A stretch of 64,000 nucleotides of DNA from Dipteris shenzhenensis (lineage: Eukaryota), in assembly GCA_047967505.1 (NCBI GenBank), contig CM106538.1; one strand, 5' to 3'. Shown one piece after another: positions 40,582 through 54,400 of this stretch. The position numbers and the translations under genes were made by a program. Each line of letters opens with the position of its first letter. Within the stretch, counting starts at the first letter, position 1. The notes below the pieces were generated by a model, which saw only the letters and a program-made list of their open reading frames with translations, made no database searches and was not told the DNA's origin.

Positions 40582-43500
40582 ATGAAGGGTGATTTTACCT
40601 ATAGGTTTTGTTCTCACACAGTCACCTTGCTCATTCCCTCCACTTACATTCATCAATTTGTAAATTTCTTACAAGTTGGAGAATTTTATAGAATAGAAGG
40701 TGCCAGTGTTGTAGTGGAAGGACCTACAAAAGGAGGAACTTCTAGATTCTCCTTACTTGTTGATGCAACAACATGCATCATTAGAGGTGAGCCTTTTGAG
40801 GGAAATCTACATTTATTACCCGACCATTCTCTATGCAAATATGTCTCATGGGCGGCAGAGAATATAAACTTTGGCAAATTGAGTATTGACAAAACATGTG
40901 TGCCTCAGGATCTATGGAGCGCTCTAAGGTGGGTGGAACCTATGTGGAAACATGATGAAGAGAGTGCTCATGACATGTATCTCAAGTCAATTAGGTTCCA
41001 AGATAGATTAGCTTGGACTCATAAAGAGAATCTTGAGATAGTGCAAAGTGCTTGATTGATATTCCTTCAAATGAACCTCCCTTTTATAGGTGAGGGTACT
41101 TACATCCATTTTGCTTGCTCACATGTGGGATATCTCCTCCATGCCATGTGGCAGCTTATCCTTTGCTCATACCTTTGCTCTACATGTGCTTATGGCACCA
41201 TATCTCTCAACACCTCCCCTTGGTGCCATAATCCTTTGGCTACTGCAAGGTGGTCAGATGTGAGTTACAAATCCATCACCTCCCCTTAGTGCATACATTG
41301 CTAGTTAAGGTGGTCAAGTGTGGTTTTTACATGTCAATACCTCCCCTGGGTGCTTTCATAGCTACTCTCAGGTGGTCAGGTTTGATTACAAAACATAGGC
41401 AAGGTTGGCAAGGTTTTTGTTCTTCAATACATGTTGTTCCTATCATTCTGCTCATGGCTTGATGATGACCTTGTTGACTTCTTCGCTTGATGCATGATGC
41501 TTTGTTCTTCCATATGCCTTCATGCTTTCTGTGTGGATGCCATGTTTCGTGCTATGGTCATCTCATGCACTTGTGCTTTTGGCATGCTTTTTACATCGAT
41601 GTTTGCATTCATGCTTTGCTTTTCCAATGGTTGCAAAGGTCTTACCAATTGAATTCTTTCAATATTGGCAGTGTCTAATTGCATACAATGATTCTGATCT
41701 GACAGGTGCGTAGAGCTCGAAAAGACGATCACTTTTCCTTTTTGGAGCGTGTCCAAATTCTTCCTGGATTGCAAGTTATGGCTTGTCAAAGATTCTATGA
41801 AGAAGAGAGCCTTTGATGATGTGGCACAGGGATTCACATGCTGAATTCCATACTGTGCTTAGCAAGAGACTCTGTGCTTAGGTGGCACTGTGGTGACTTT
41901 TAAACCAGCTTATTTAACCCAAGGTTGCTTTAACTGTACTATGGTTCAACTAACCTAGACAAAACCTAACCATAGTTAATTTTTGACTACCTTATCTGCC
42001 ATGTGTCAAAATGTGGAGAGACCTTGGAAGACTTTGTGAAGAGACGATAATTCTGAGTAGAGATTTCGTCTGCATCGCGGCCGACTGAGATCAATTGGAG
42101 GAGCGGTGCGATGGCTCGTTGGAGAGGCATTCGCAAGAAGTTCATCTTGCTGTAGATATTGGAGCTCTGTGGAGCTTTCATTGCAGGTCATTGCTGTGTG
42201 TCGAGGCCGTGTAGGAGCTCGTGGCTAGCAGGAGGGCTGCCGGTTGTTGGAGCGGAAGGCTTGATACTGTGCAAAGGCTATTTGGCCGTCAGTTGGAGCG
42301 CCACTTTGATGGAGAAGGCCGTTGGAAGCTTTGGCTGAGGTGCCTCTGCTGTGAGATGAAGCATGGGCGTCGATGGAGCTCGGCTAATCCTTCCCGGGTC
42401 GTAGGAGCCAGTTGTGTAGCCGCCTTTTCGTTAGAGAGATCTTTGCAGGAGGTCGTCCTTGTTCACTGCTTGCTGTAGTCGTTGGCGAGCTGCCTTGTCG
42501 TGCAGGTTATATATACTACTAGAGCATGGGTTGAAGCTCACTGGTTGTGACAAGCTGAGGGAGGCCCGTAGTGAGATTTTGCATTCGTCAGTTTGGAGAA
42601 GGAGGTCACTGCATGTCGTAGAAGGTCGCGGGATGGCTGGCCGGTAGCGCGTTGGAGCAGGATGCTTGCCTACAGCAGTCAATGGAGGGAGCTATGACTA
42701 TTCGTCGAAGGCGCTGGATGCGTTTGAGCTTTAGAGCCCGTTGGGTCGTAGTTTGTAGAGCCGCATTTCGTCGACTGGGAGTCGTAGAGCAGTGTAGGCA
42801 CTGCTGGTAGTGGTAGCTTGTTGTTGCAGAGCCGTCGCATGCGGGCTGCCAGTCCGGGAGCGCTAAAGCTTAGAAGCTTTGGTCATAGTGCTTTGTCGAG
42901 CCTCTCCAGTCCTCTCTAAAACTGACAAAGGAGTCCGAGACTCTCTCTCTATTCTCTTTCGAAAAACACTAAACTACTTTGCACTCTTTAAATTTCTCTC
43001 CTTGGAGAATTGGATTCCTCACAATGGATCTCTCTTACTCTCTCAATGACGGAATTCCCTCAATGCAATGGAAGGAATCAATGGACGGAAATTTGCTCTC
43101 AATCTAAAAACTAAAACTAACCTAAGGGAAAAAACATGAGCTCCTAAGACATGCCTACAACTAATCTAGACTTAGCTAAACCTATGCTCTGATACCATGA
43201 CAAAACATGTGTGCCTCAGGATCTATGGAGCGCTCTAAGGTGGGTGGAACCTATGTGGAAACATGATGAAGAGAGTGCTCATGACATGTATCTCAAGTCA
43301 ATTAGGTTCCAAGATAGATTAGCTTGGACTCATAAAAGAATCTTGAGATAGTGCAAAGTGCTTGATTGATATTCCTTCAAATGAACCTCCCTTTTATAGG
43401 TGAGGGTACTTACATCCATTTTGCTTGCTCACATGTGGGATATCTCCTCCATGCCATGTGGCAGCTTATCCTTTGCTCATACCTTTGCTCTACATGTGCT

Positions 43501-44384
43501 TATGGCACCATATCTCTCAACAAGTATTTCACATGTCATGGGTACAATTGCAATTGTGATAATCAAAGTGGCAAATGAAGAAGGCATGGTGAGCCAAATT
43601 ATTGTTGCTGATGGCCCAAGAGATGAAGATAGAGCTACAGTTAGTAAGAATTTTTAATGTTATCTTTACTACTCCAACATAATTTTTTTTTCTTACTTTC
43701 AATATTTTTTTGTAGTTATCATTTGTCAATGAAACAAAACCCACATTGACTCTACTTGTGCAAGAGTTCAATGACAAAGGTGTGCTTATGTACATCTTAA
43801 AGAATGTTTCATTCCTTAAGGCAAAAAACACAATTTGTGTGTTTGACTTCACTATTTTGGCTAAGGTTCCCGATGGCCCAACCAAAGATGCTTGCAATTC
43901 ACTTTTACTAGTTAAGTTTCTCGACTAGGCTATGGCACAAAGGTACATATTTTACATCTACCCTCTTAATGGTAATAACCCAACAATTGAGTACTAACAC
44001 ATTCTTTCACAAGTGCAGGTATATGGGATTTTGTACTTCACGAATGCCAATGCAGATCTTGTGGAGCATGTTTGTGAGACTTGTGGAGGATTTCGTGTAA
44101 GTAGAGATCCACTTCACCCATATTGCTATTCTTGCAAAGGCCCTCAAAACGTCGAATGAGTTCCAAGTTTGACAGGAGATATAGCGCAATGCAATGGAGA
44201 GCAAGTTCCAATTCATGTTCGAGGCCCTTACGTGGATATCATATTGTCATTAGGTGTTCCTTTTTTACAAATGTATGAAGAAGATCTTATGATGGCATGC
44301 AGCAAGCTCAAAGCTACAAAACCTAGCAGAAGCTTCACTATCAATAGCTTTGGCTTTGTAATTGCATTTGATCCTAATGCATAA
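40582..44384 (+). pseudogene. RPA1/RPA70-like OB-fold gene (Helitron-associated), split by an LTR insertion and introns
   Basis: HQFVNFLQVGEFYRIEGASV OB-like segment; frame resumes across TSD AGTAT (KLSI|SHVMG); exons at 43716 and 44019; C4 zinc ribbon CETC...CYSC in the last exon. Confidence 0.65.
40887..43522 (-). mobile_element. Non-autonomous LTR retrotransposon, 2.64 kb, ~326-bp LTRs
   Basis: LTRs 40887-41212 and 43198-43522 (one 1-bp indel seen), TSD AGTAT, PBS 43186-43197, PPT at 41213-41223, no pol. Confidence 0.95.
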
Positions 44385-44896
44385 TCTTTTCTTTTACTTC
44401 TATAAAGTACTCCTACAGTTTCAGTTTTGATTGAAGGTTATTCTTATTTCTCTACTTTTGAGTCGATTCAATAAAAAATTACATTTACTTGTAACAATGA
44501 ATATTGAAGTACTTCTTCATAGAAGGAAATTTGAAAAAGATGAAGCTTTTAACTTAGCATATCCTTTCAACACAAATGTCATTCTTTGTCTTTTGAAAAT
44601 TTTTCCAAGCTTTACCTATGGACAAATATTGAAGGTTTTGTTTGAGAACATTATTTCAAATTTTGAAAATCTAGGTGGTCCATGGTATATCTTCCAAACA
44701 ATGTGCAAGAAGTCATTGTTGACAATAGATGAAGTACAAAATTTAGTCCAAATATCTTCAAATTCACTTGCAATGATTGTTGATATTCTTAAAAGTTTCA
44801 ACATTATGTTTGGTACATTGTTTGCCTTGCTATTTTATAATGGAGTTAATATCAAAAATAAATTATCAATAGTATCTAGGAAATGAAATAGTAGAC

Positions 44897-45558
44897 TGTT
44901 AGATATGCTCAATGCCCCACCCTCTTGGTAACCACCAGTGGTCCAAGGTGCTCAAGTTGTAAGGCCCCCATATGAGGAGAAGCCATGTGTGAGCGCAGGA
45001 CATTGGATGGATCCTGACTTGTGGATCTTGACTTGCATGTCAAATGAGGTCTATCAATGAGACTATTGATGGTAGAAAGGTGATTGTGTGGGAGCCCCTT
45101 ATTCTTGCTGGGACCCCCCCAACTGGGGGATCCCGGGGGGCCAACGGCCCCTCTGGTGGGGGTTCGGGGGTGGGAGTCCCCGAGGCGACGGTATATGGAA
45201 TATTCCTTGAATATTCCATGGACAACTAGTCGGTTCCACCGACTAGGTTGACTGGTCAGCTCCACCGACTAGGTCGACTGGTCGACTCCACCAACTACAT
45301 TGATCCGACTACCGCCCTCATAGCTATAAAGAGGTGACCTCGCCAATCCATTGTATCAGATCAGATCTTCCAGCTAGTAGCTCTTCACCTAATATCTATC
45401 TAGATCGCCATCTAAGCTCCACTGTGGGAGCGCACAGGTGGACGGAGCCATCATCTGTACTACATCATTATTGAAGGAAAAGTTTGTTCCTCTCTAGTTT
45501 GCTGTGTACTCTCTATTCTTTGTTCAGTTTCTATTCCGCTGCGCTATGTAATTTAACA
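44897..45558 (+). mobile_element. Solo LTR, 662 bp
   Basis: TGTTAG...TTAACA, TSD TAGAC on both sides, TATAAA at ~45325; 5' end resembles the LTR of the Copia at 51959-57059. Confidence 0.9.
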
Positions 45559-45563
45559 TAGAC

Positions 45564-48540
45564 ATACTTTGTTATTAGATCAATCAAGTAATATTTATAC
45601 AATAACTCCACTAATTTTTTTGGAAAATAAACAAACATACAAAACATGGAATGGCAAAGATGTAAATAAACTAGAAGAAATATTGTTGCAAAATCATTAT
45701 CTGTCAGCAAAAGAACTAGATACATTGTTTTTCCAAACATTTGAACAAACATCTTATTCGATGCAAGGAGTTCTAAACAAAATATACAAAATGCAAAAAA
45801 ATGTTCTCCACCCAAATGCAAATTTAGATCCGTCAAACTTACTCAAAAAAGATGAACCATCTCAAAAACCAAATTCTACAAGAAAAAGAAAAAAAAAACT
45901 ACAAATACATATCAAGAACAATATTGGAACAAAATATCGAATACTCCATCATTTGCATGTATTTGTTGTGGATCACTTAAATTTTTGTCCAATTTGAAAC
46001 AACTCAAAGGCTAAAAAGCAATATTTTTACAAAGCAATGGTCTTACATTATCAACAATAAAATCTCAAAATAACTACTTATGTTCTATTTGTAACAAAGA
46101 TGTCAACAAAAACAAGATGCCATTACTAAATAAGACAAGCTTACAAATAGCTACTAAAATACCTTCCACTCGCAAACTAAACGAAGTAGAAGCACGTTTA
46201 GTTTCCATTTGAATACCATTTGCACAAATACATGAGCTTTCCTATGAGGGACAATATGGTCTACATGGAAGTGTTGTGAATGTGCTTGCAGATGTGGATA
46301 GAGCCCAAAAGTATTCCCAAGGTTTATAGGGGACAATGACACGGTAGTTGTGGCAATAAAACGGAAGTTATCATACAAACATAGCACATGAGTGGTATAG
46401 TACGTCCAACATTGACTATGCTTGCATTAACTGAACTATTAAACACGCCACTCTATAAAGAAAATGATATAGATAAAATGGGAATATCCCAATTCCCATA
46501 AGAAGTAATGGAGTCCGGTGAACCTTTATAAGATTTTTGTCAAAACCACCTCATGTGACATATCCTTGGAAAGATCTCAACAAGTAGAGTCTAAAGATGC
46601 AATCTGTAACAAATTTAGAGTTTGCATGTTTGATATATAGCAAGAATAAGATTAAAGTTTCATTCCCACAATACAAAATTCTTTCCACTTTATCTAATAT
46701 TGAATTTGAAAGTAAATCCTCTTTGGGAAAGTCATATTAAAAACATTCAACAACAAGAAGAACCATCATCAATGAAAATGAAGAGAAGTTTATCAAACTC
46801 ATTCCAAAGTTTCCCACAAACTCAAGTAATGCATCAACAACATTATCTTCAACATCAACACACACATTCAAAAACATCAGCACATACAACATTGGAATAG
46901 AAATGCCCAAAAATGTAAAAGCAAATCAACATTTAGACAAGTCTTTGCCAAAGTACTCCATGTTACCTGACAACAAATATTACTACAATTTAAGATTACT
47001 AAACAATGAACAACATTTACTTCTCCACAACATCATGCTTAAAAAAAGATGTCATTTGCAAAAGCGGAATCATCTTTTTTTGACAGGAAATGCAGGTACA
47101 GGTAAAATATTCACACTACTATCATAGTACAAGATCTTCTACGCCACTACTCAGACAACCAATCAATAAACATTGAGCTTCCAAAAGTGTTGTTGCTTGC
47201 CTATACAGGCAAAGCAGCTTTCAATATTGGAGGCACAACCATCCATGTTGCCCTTCATTTACCACTAATGGCATCTCACTACACAAGCCTCTCCACCAAA
47301 AAATTGCAAGAACTATCTCAACTATACAAGAACTAGAACTTGTAGTGTTCGATGAGGTTTCATTGATTGGGTACAGCTTACTTATGGCTGCAGATATGCG
47401 CCTCCGCAAAATTCAACACAACCACCTACAACCTTTTGGAGGAGTTGATGTTATTTTTTGTGGAGATTTGTGCCAAGCAAGTCTAACAAAAGACTCATGG
47501 ATATTCATGGATCAATCATCAAACACAAGATCGATGTCATCATTTTGGACAGAAAATGTCCTTCCTATGAATTAACAGAGCCAATGCGGCAAAAAGACAA
47601 TACATACATAGACATACTAAATCGCATTAGAATTGGGGAACACACTCTTCAAGACATCTCATATCTCAACAATAGATACTTTCGTCAACCATTAAAAATA
47701 GAAGAAATTCCCTACTTATTCTACACAAATACTTCAAAAGATGCACACAATGAAGAAATCTTCTCATTGCTTAAGGAAAGTCCACACATCTTCAAAGCAA
47801 TTGACAAAAGACATAAAACATGTAGCAAAACAATAAAAATTCCTACATCTCCAAAGAACACATTTGGATTGCACCACATATTGAACCTAAAACCAGGAAT
47901 GATTTTGTTCTAGAAATTTGGACATTGGTGACAAACCCACACAAATGACACTGCAATCTTTGAATACGAGAACATTATCTTTGCACCATGAAGACATTGT
48001 TGCCGACAAAAGCCTAATGAGCACCACAATCTTGTGCCTCCAAGAACTTCATTGCCAAAATAATGATTTGCTCTCCCTACAAAATTTCACAACTTTGCAA
48101 AACAACAATGGAATTGGAATAGCAACATGTTATAAAATTAATGTACAATTACAAATGCAAGAATATATTACAAAAACAAGGTGAGCGTTTGTTGACATTA
48201 TTCAAAACATATGAAGGTTCAAGTTTTGCAATCATTAATGTTTATAAACACCCTTCCTCACCACAATCAACACTCATTAATATCTTGGAAAATATGATTT
48301 TGAAATTAAAACAAAAATTTCCAACTACAATCCTAGGAGACTTCAATATTCATTGTGACAACTCTTCAATTTCATCACTTCTTCATAAATTCATGCGAAA
48401 ATACAATTTCATACATTAATAAAAGAACCAACAACTATTCATGGTTCCACAATTGACCACATATGGAAAAACACATACCATAACAACACAACAAATGGAA
48501 CAAACTTCATATACTGGTCAAACCACTCCCTTCTATATAC
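45564..48540 (+). mobile_element. Second Helentron-type copy, internally deleted (N-terminal region, helicase, AP endonuclease; Rep absent)
   Basis: LTGNAGTGK, FDEVSLIG, FCGDLCQ, ILCLQELH, ILGDFN, TIDHIW; clearly homologous to the 36.4-38.7 kb region in opposite orientation. Confidence 0.88.
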
Positions 48541-50698
48541 AAACATAAATTAAATTCGACAAGCCTATTGAATGTAATTCACCTTGTTTAGAGTGCCCCC
48601 TCTTCCCTTCACTACACACATTAATTAATTGCCGAGTTTTCTCGCAGGGGGCTCCTATTGCATGTGTACACAAACACTTCGCCTTTACGTTTAGGAACAC
48701 TTGTTTGGGAACCAAGTGTGAATGCAGATTATAGGTAGCTTACCCAATACATATTCTCCACCTTCATGCTCTACGGGGTAGCTTTTCATCCTATCCAATG
48801 GCTCTTTCAAACTAGCTTGATCGAGAATGTCACCCGCTTTTTCCTTTTTGGCCAGACAACCCTTTCAAGAGGGGACGGCTTCCTTGCACTCCCTTGCTCT
48901 AGACTACTGAGATGGTGCATTTTGCACGGCAACACTGCCTCCTTTGAGATTCTCTTTGCATTTTCTCTTCATTGCCCTACGCTATCTTCTGATTTTGTCT
49001 AGTAGTGGGGACGTTTGCACCCTATGAGTACTCAGCGTTGGGAAATGAACCAACTCCTCCCAAATCCTCTTTCTTGTTGAAGAATGAAAAACCTAACGGC
49101 ATCTGATACGAAGGGATCATCCATCCCATCCGACATGGTTCCAAGATGCGAGGCTCAAACATTCCCTGAACTAGAGATTGCATGGTACAATTTCTAATCC
49201 TTTCGCCTGCTGCTAGAGAGAGGCTGTCACATACCACCTTGTTGCCTCCCAAGCGTGGCGCCATCGTCCCCTAGGACAACCCTTTTGCTATGATATTAAG
49301 GGAGACGCTTTCTAATATAAAACTTCTTCACGAGGTCATTAATGTTATATCTGTGAATTGGGAACATTAATCAATAGTGTGTTATCCATATATTTGAAAG
49401 CACTCTTAGAAAGTTTCAAGTAATCTAGTGCTTAAATTTTCTTAAGTTGCAATATAGGTTGAAACTATGAAATTGGGCTTGATGTTCCTTCTCAATCTCA
49501 CTTTGTCTCTAAGTCTTGCTGATAGCAATATGTATATTGCATAACACTCGTGTAGGAAGCCTTAGTAGGTGCAAGGTGCTCATTCTCTTGCTGCACATTA
49601 CAAAGAGGATGTAGCAGTCATCACAAACAACAAACATGAGAGGGGGTGATATCTAGTATAAAATTATATCATTGGTACTATGTGATTATTGGCAATGGTG
49701 GAATTCACTGGAGCTCTTGATGACCTGTGTGTTTTATCAAGGGTGTCCAATTTGATGTAAATGGTTCATGTTAGGGATTGCATCTACGCAATAATCGAGG
49801 ACAGGTCAAGGAAGGTAGCTCTAGACACATCCCAAAAGGACCCTAGGCAATGTTAGTGACCCATCTCTAGCCTTATATGACCTTTACATTACAGCAAGTG
49901 AAAAGCATGATCCATAGACACGACCAAGTCTTCCAATGCACAAATGTGGCAAAAACTGTAAAAGTAGGTCTTTTCTCTAATCTGGCCAAAATCCACCTCT
50001 TCACAGCATTCAAAAATGGCTGCAGTATGCATAATCACTGGCTAGTGACAATATATTACAATTTTGGCATCCAGCAATGCTCTCATAAACTTAGAAGGCA
50101 CAGGTAAATCACACTGAATTGCAAAATGAATCAACTCCATCAACAGCTAATACAATCTGCAGATAATCCAATACTGGGAACTATCCCTTACTAATAATAT
50201 AGTTTACACAAAGTGTACAAGCCTACACTCTGGACAACAAAATCTCCTAGGCAAGAGCTACTGCTGACATATGTGCTTGGAAGTAAGACCTTAGTACGCA
50301 GGTCCAGTTAATTGCATTCCCAAGTGACTTCACAAAGACAGGATCATCTGAAAGGTGCACCACTCTGATGATTGAAATGCTTCCCGAATACAACATACAT
50401 TAGAAAAGGGTAAGTCAGAGGCCAAATCTGTAGCTCCCGCTCTGAAAGAAATTTCAAACCTAGAAAGGGTGTATCGTATCAAAACCAACACCCAGGAATC
50501 TGATAAGAATGTACAATAAATCTTGGTGGAACTGTACAAGAATCTCCCAAATGAGAGGCACAAATCAAATAAACAGCATCTTTGGGAGATGGAAATAATT
50601 CGTGGGCAGATTTCTCAAACGCTTTTGCCGCACTGTACACAGACTCTGAAGAGTTAATCCTTCCTCTCTAAAAGCTCTTTCATCCAACTGATGCAGAA

Positions 50699-50917
50699 TT
50701 ATGGAGATTTTTTTTCAGCCTTAAGATTGATTCCAAACCACTTCTTGCTATATTTATCCTTTAATTCAACTGCAGGCACATCTAAAGAGCTTCCACCTTG
50801 TTCAGACCCAATCTCATCTGGTGTCCTCAGCTTGCTGCTACTCGGTTGCCTTTTAACTGGTAGAATTGACGAAAATGAGGCTTGGATACTCTCCCGAGAT
50901 TTCAAAAGCTCGTCAGT
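50699..50917 (-). CDS. Probable terminal coding exon of an unidentified host gene
   Basis: Pyrimidine-rich tract and CAG acceptor at 50918-50920, open frame TDELLKSRES...KWFGINLKAEKKSP*, followed by non-TE-like 3' sequence. Confidence 0.5.
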   Translation of the reverse strand, partial: TDELLKSRESIQASFSSILPVKRQPSSSKLRTPDEIGSEQGGSSLDVPAVELKDKYSKKWFGINLKAEKKSP

Positions 50918-51459
50918 CTGACAGCCAACAAGGCAAGACAAAATTATAAACTGACTTGACAGTCTTTTTTCTTGTGTAATTCATAAAGAAACCTAAAACA
51001 ATACCAGCAGCTTATCCTTTTGTTTAGGGTAGCATATAATCATTGATCTCACTCATACCACAAATATTTATATTTTGAAGAGCATATACAAATCTATCAA
51101 ATCAATTATAGGACTTTTAGGATTATGTCATGGTAAAGTATCTTAGTCCTCCGCCTTCTAAAGAAAAAGATAAGACTGTCGATTGCCCTTACAACCAGAT
51201 GGTAGCCTATAGCGTAACATTTAACTAAATGTATCTGGCAACTGTCCAGAGACATCATATAAAAGTAACATAAGTGTGCAGTTTAACATAGACAGGCTAG
51301 CTATAGCCTATTATGGCATCTCCGCCAACTATATCTATACCCCATGGTCAACTTCCACAATGCTTGAAAATGACATCCTCTGGTATGTGCGTGGTCCTTT
51401 AGTTCACCTTGTCTTGATGTGCTGTGCTAGAATCAGCAAGGTGGTCATCAGAGTCATCT

Positions 51460-54400
51460 TAAGGACACAGTTCCACCATGTTGATGGACAAGGAGGGTTT
51501 CAAGTTTTGTTGAACCTCTTGTATCCCAAGTTTCATTTTGGAAGGCAGAATCAATTGATATAGACCAATTGCTATGGGCCAGTCACCAAGAACCCACCGT
51601 TCCTTCTCTGCACCAACTTCCTCTTCAAAATCGTCTTCAGACATGTCTGTTTGCCTATGGCGTGACTGCCTGATTATCATGTCGATTGCCAAGCATGTAT
51701 GCAGCTCGACTTCACCATTGGACCAATCCTTGATAGCTTTGGCTGATCTCAAATAGATGAGATCATCCCTTGTCATGTCAAGCACAACAAAGTTAGAGAG
51801 AAAGATGACCTCACCAATCTGCATGGGAACTCCCTTGACAACTCCTAGGGGCACAACCTCCATTGGTCAACCGTTTTGACTTGAAAGTGTGTTGAACTGA
51901 TGAGACTCAAACCCAATTGCACCATAGTACTCTTGGGCATGATATTAATTGCTTTTCCTGTAAGAAAACAATACAACGTCTGTGCTCAACAGATAACAGG
52001 ATCTCGTATGCAAGAGAGAAAAGCAGATAGTATGGAGAATCAAAAATTTGATTACTGTAAAACTGATACAATAGATGGCGCTGCCTCCCAATCGTGCGCT
52101 CCTGCGAGAGAAGCTTTGATGGCGTGCTGGAAACAGTAGAGGACGGAGCCTGGATGCTAAGGAATCAGGGTTGCTGTAGCTAGTGATGATAATGGGCTTC
52201 ACGGACTTGCTCTTATATAGCCACCAATCGTAGTCGGTTAGACCCAATTGGGTGACCGACCCAGTCCGCCCAAAACGGTCGACTGGGGGTCAGTCTCGAA
52301 ATAGGCCACCGACCACACGATAGAACCGTGGTGCAAAATAAAGCAACTAACCTGCGGTCTTCATTCGGCCATCCGGGATCATTTGGGGCTCCAAACGGGC
52401 CTCGCAACCCGAGAGTGGGCTGCCTCGGGAAATGCTCCGTCTACCCTTAGTGCGGTCAGTCATGGGATGCCTTCCCGCACTTGCATGTAGCCTAGTTGGC
52501 AATGTGCCAACTCTCTGAAGCCGTCCAGCCATCAGGCCACACATGGCCCCCATCTGCTGTCCAAGCCTTCTCCTCATATGAGGGGCTTACAAGTAGAGTT
52601 AGCTGGTTCCCACGTAGTTACACGAGAGTGGAGCATTGATATCTAACATCCCTCCTCAATGTCCACCCGCAAGTGAACTTACTTTTTCGGCACAATGCCA
52701 AGTCGATGAAGATGCCTCTCCAACAAGTCTCTTCCAAGAGCCTTCGTGAAGATTTCCGCAGTAACATGTCACTGATCTCCTGCTATCCACGTCTCTTGTC
52801 CAATCCGAGTCACAGAATCCGGTCAAGATATTGCCCTTGGTATAGGTGATGCCATAATCAAGTGTGCCTTTGATGTATTTCAGCACCCGCATCCTTACCC
52901 TCCAATGGTTCTCCTGGGGCTTATTGGAAAACTTGCTTAGTACACTAGTCGCAAAAGTGATGTCCGGCCGCGTGTTGCACAAGTAAATCAAACTGCCCAT
53001 AAGCCTTCTGTACTTCGCTTCGTCCACCAGTGGTGATGAATCCTCGTTTGAGAGCTTCACATCAACCTCCATAGGGGTGCCAACTGTCTTGCACTCAGTC
53101 ATGCCAAATGCCTTCAGTATCTCTCCCGCATACTTCAACTGTGAGATGAAGATCTGTTTTGGCTCTTGCCAAACTTCAATTCCCAAACAGAAATGCATCA
53201 GTCCGAGGTCTGTCATTTCAAACTCTCTTCCTAGCAAATGCTTTACCTGCGAGATCTTCTCTTCATGGTTCCCTGTTATGACAAGGTCGTCCACGTAAAG
53301 GACCACGATCATACACCCGCCTCCTTCTCTGTAGATATACAAATTTGCATCAGATGGGCTCCTCCTGAATCCGTTTTGCAGAAAGTAGGCATCAATCCGC
53401 TGGTACCACGCTCGTGGGACCTGTTTCAACCCGTAGAGTGTCTTCTTCAATTTACAGACTTTACCTTATGAACCGGGAATCACAAAACCTGGTGGTTGTT
53501 CCACGTATACCTCCTCCTTGAGATCTCTATTCAGAAAGGCGGATTTTACATCCATCTGAAACACGGGCCAACTTTCTTGTGCTGCTATAGCCAAAACACT
53601 GCGAATTGTGGCTAGTCTAGCTGTGGGAGCAAAAGTATCCTAATAATCAAAACCATGTACCTGTGCGAATCCTTTTGCCACGAGCCGAGCCTTATACTTA
53701 TCCAACGTGCCGTCGGACTTGTACTTAGTCTTGTACACCCACTTGGTGCCGATTACCTTGCGTTTTAGTGATCGATCCACAAGGTCCCAAGTGTTGTTCT
53801 TCATTATGGAGCCATACTCCGACTGCATAGCCTCCATCCACCTTTCATCACCCTGTGCCTCTTCAAGACACTTGGGTTCTTCAGCACGGATCACCTCTGT
53901 CATCAAAGCATAGTTGACCAAGTGTTCCTGCGCCCTTCTTTGCTCCTCTAATCTCTTGGACCGGCGGTGTTCGGATGGTTCCTCCTCAATGATTGAAGAT
54001 TCTCTGCCGTCCAAAAGCTGCTTTACCCACTTCGAGAATGGTCGTTGCCATTGTGGTTCTGCAGGCTCTTCTTCCTCTTCTTTATCTTGAATCCTCCCAA
54101 GCACCGTTGGGGGAGTTCGGTTTGCTGTTGGTGGTTGTACTGGATGGATATCCTGGTCCTGGTTGTCTGGGAAGGAAGCATCCTTCTCCACTTGATGCGG
54201 CTGTTCTGAGAAGACCACATCGCGACTTACTATTACCTTCTTAGTAACAGGGTTATAGAGACGGTAACCCTTCGACTCTTCACTGTAGCCCAAGAAAATA
54301 CACTTCCGACTCTTCGGTTCCCATTTGGTCCTGTTAGCATCAGAGACATGCACAAAACAGTCACATCCAAAAACTCTGAAATGTGCAGCTGAAGGTTTCT

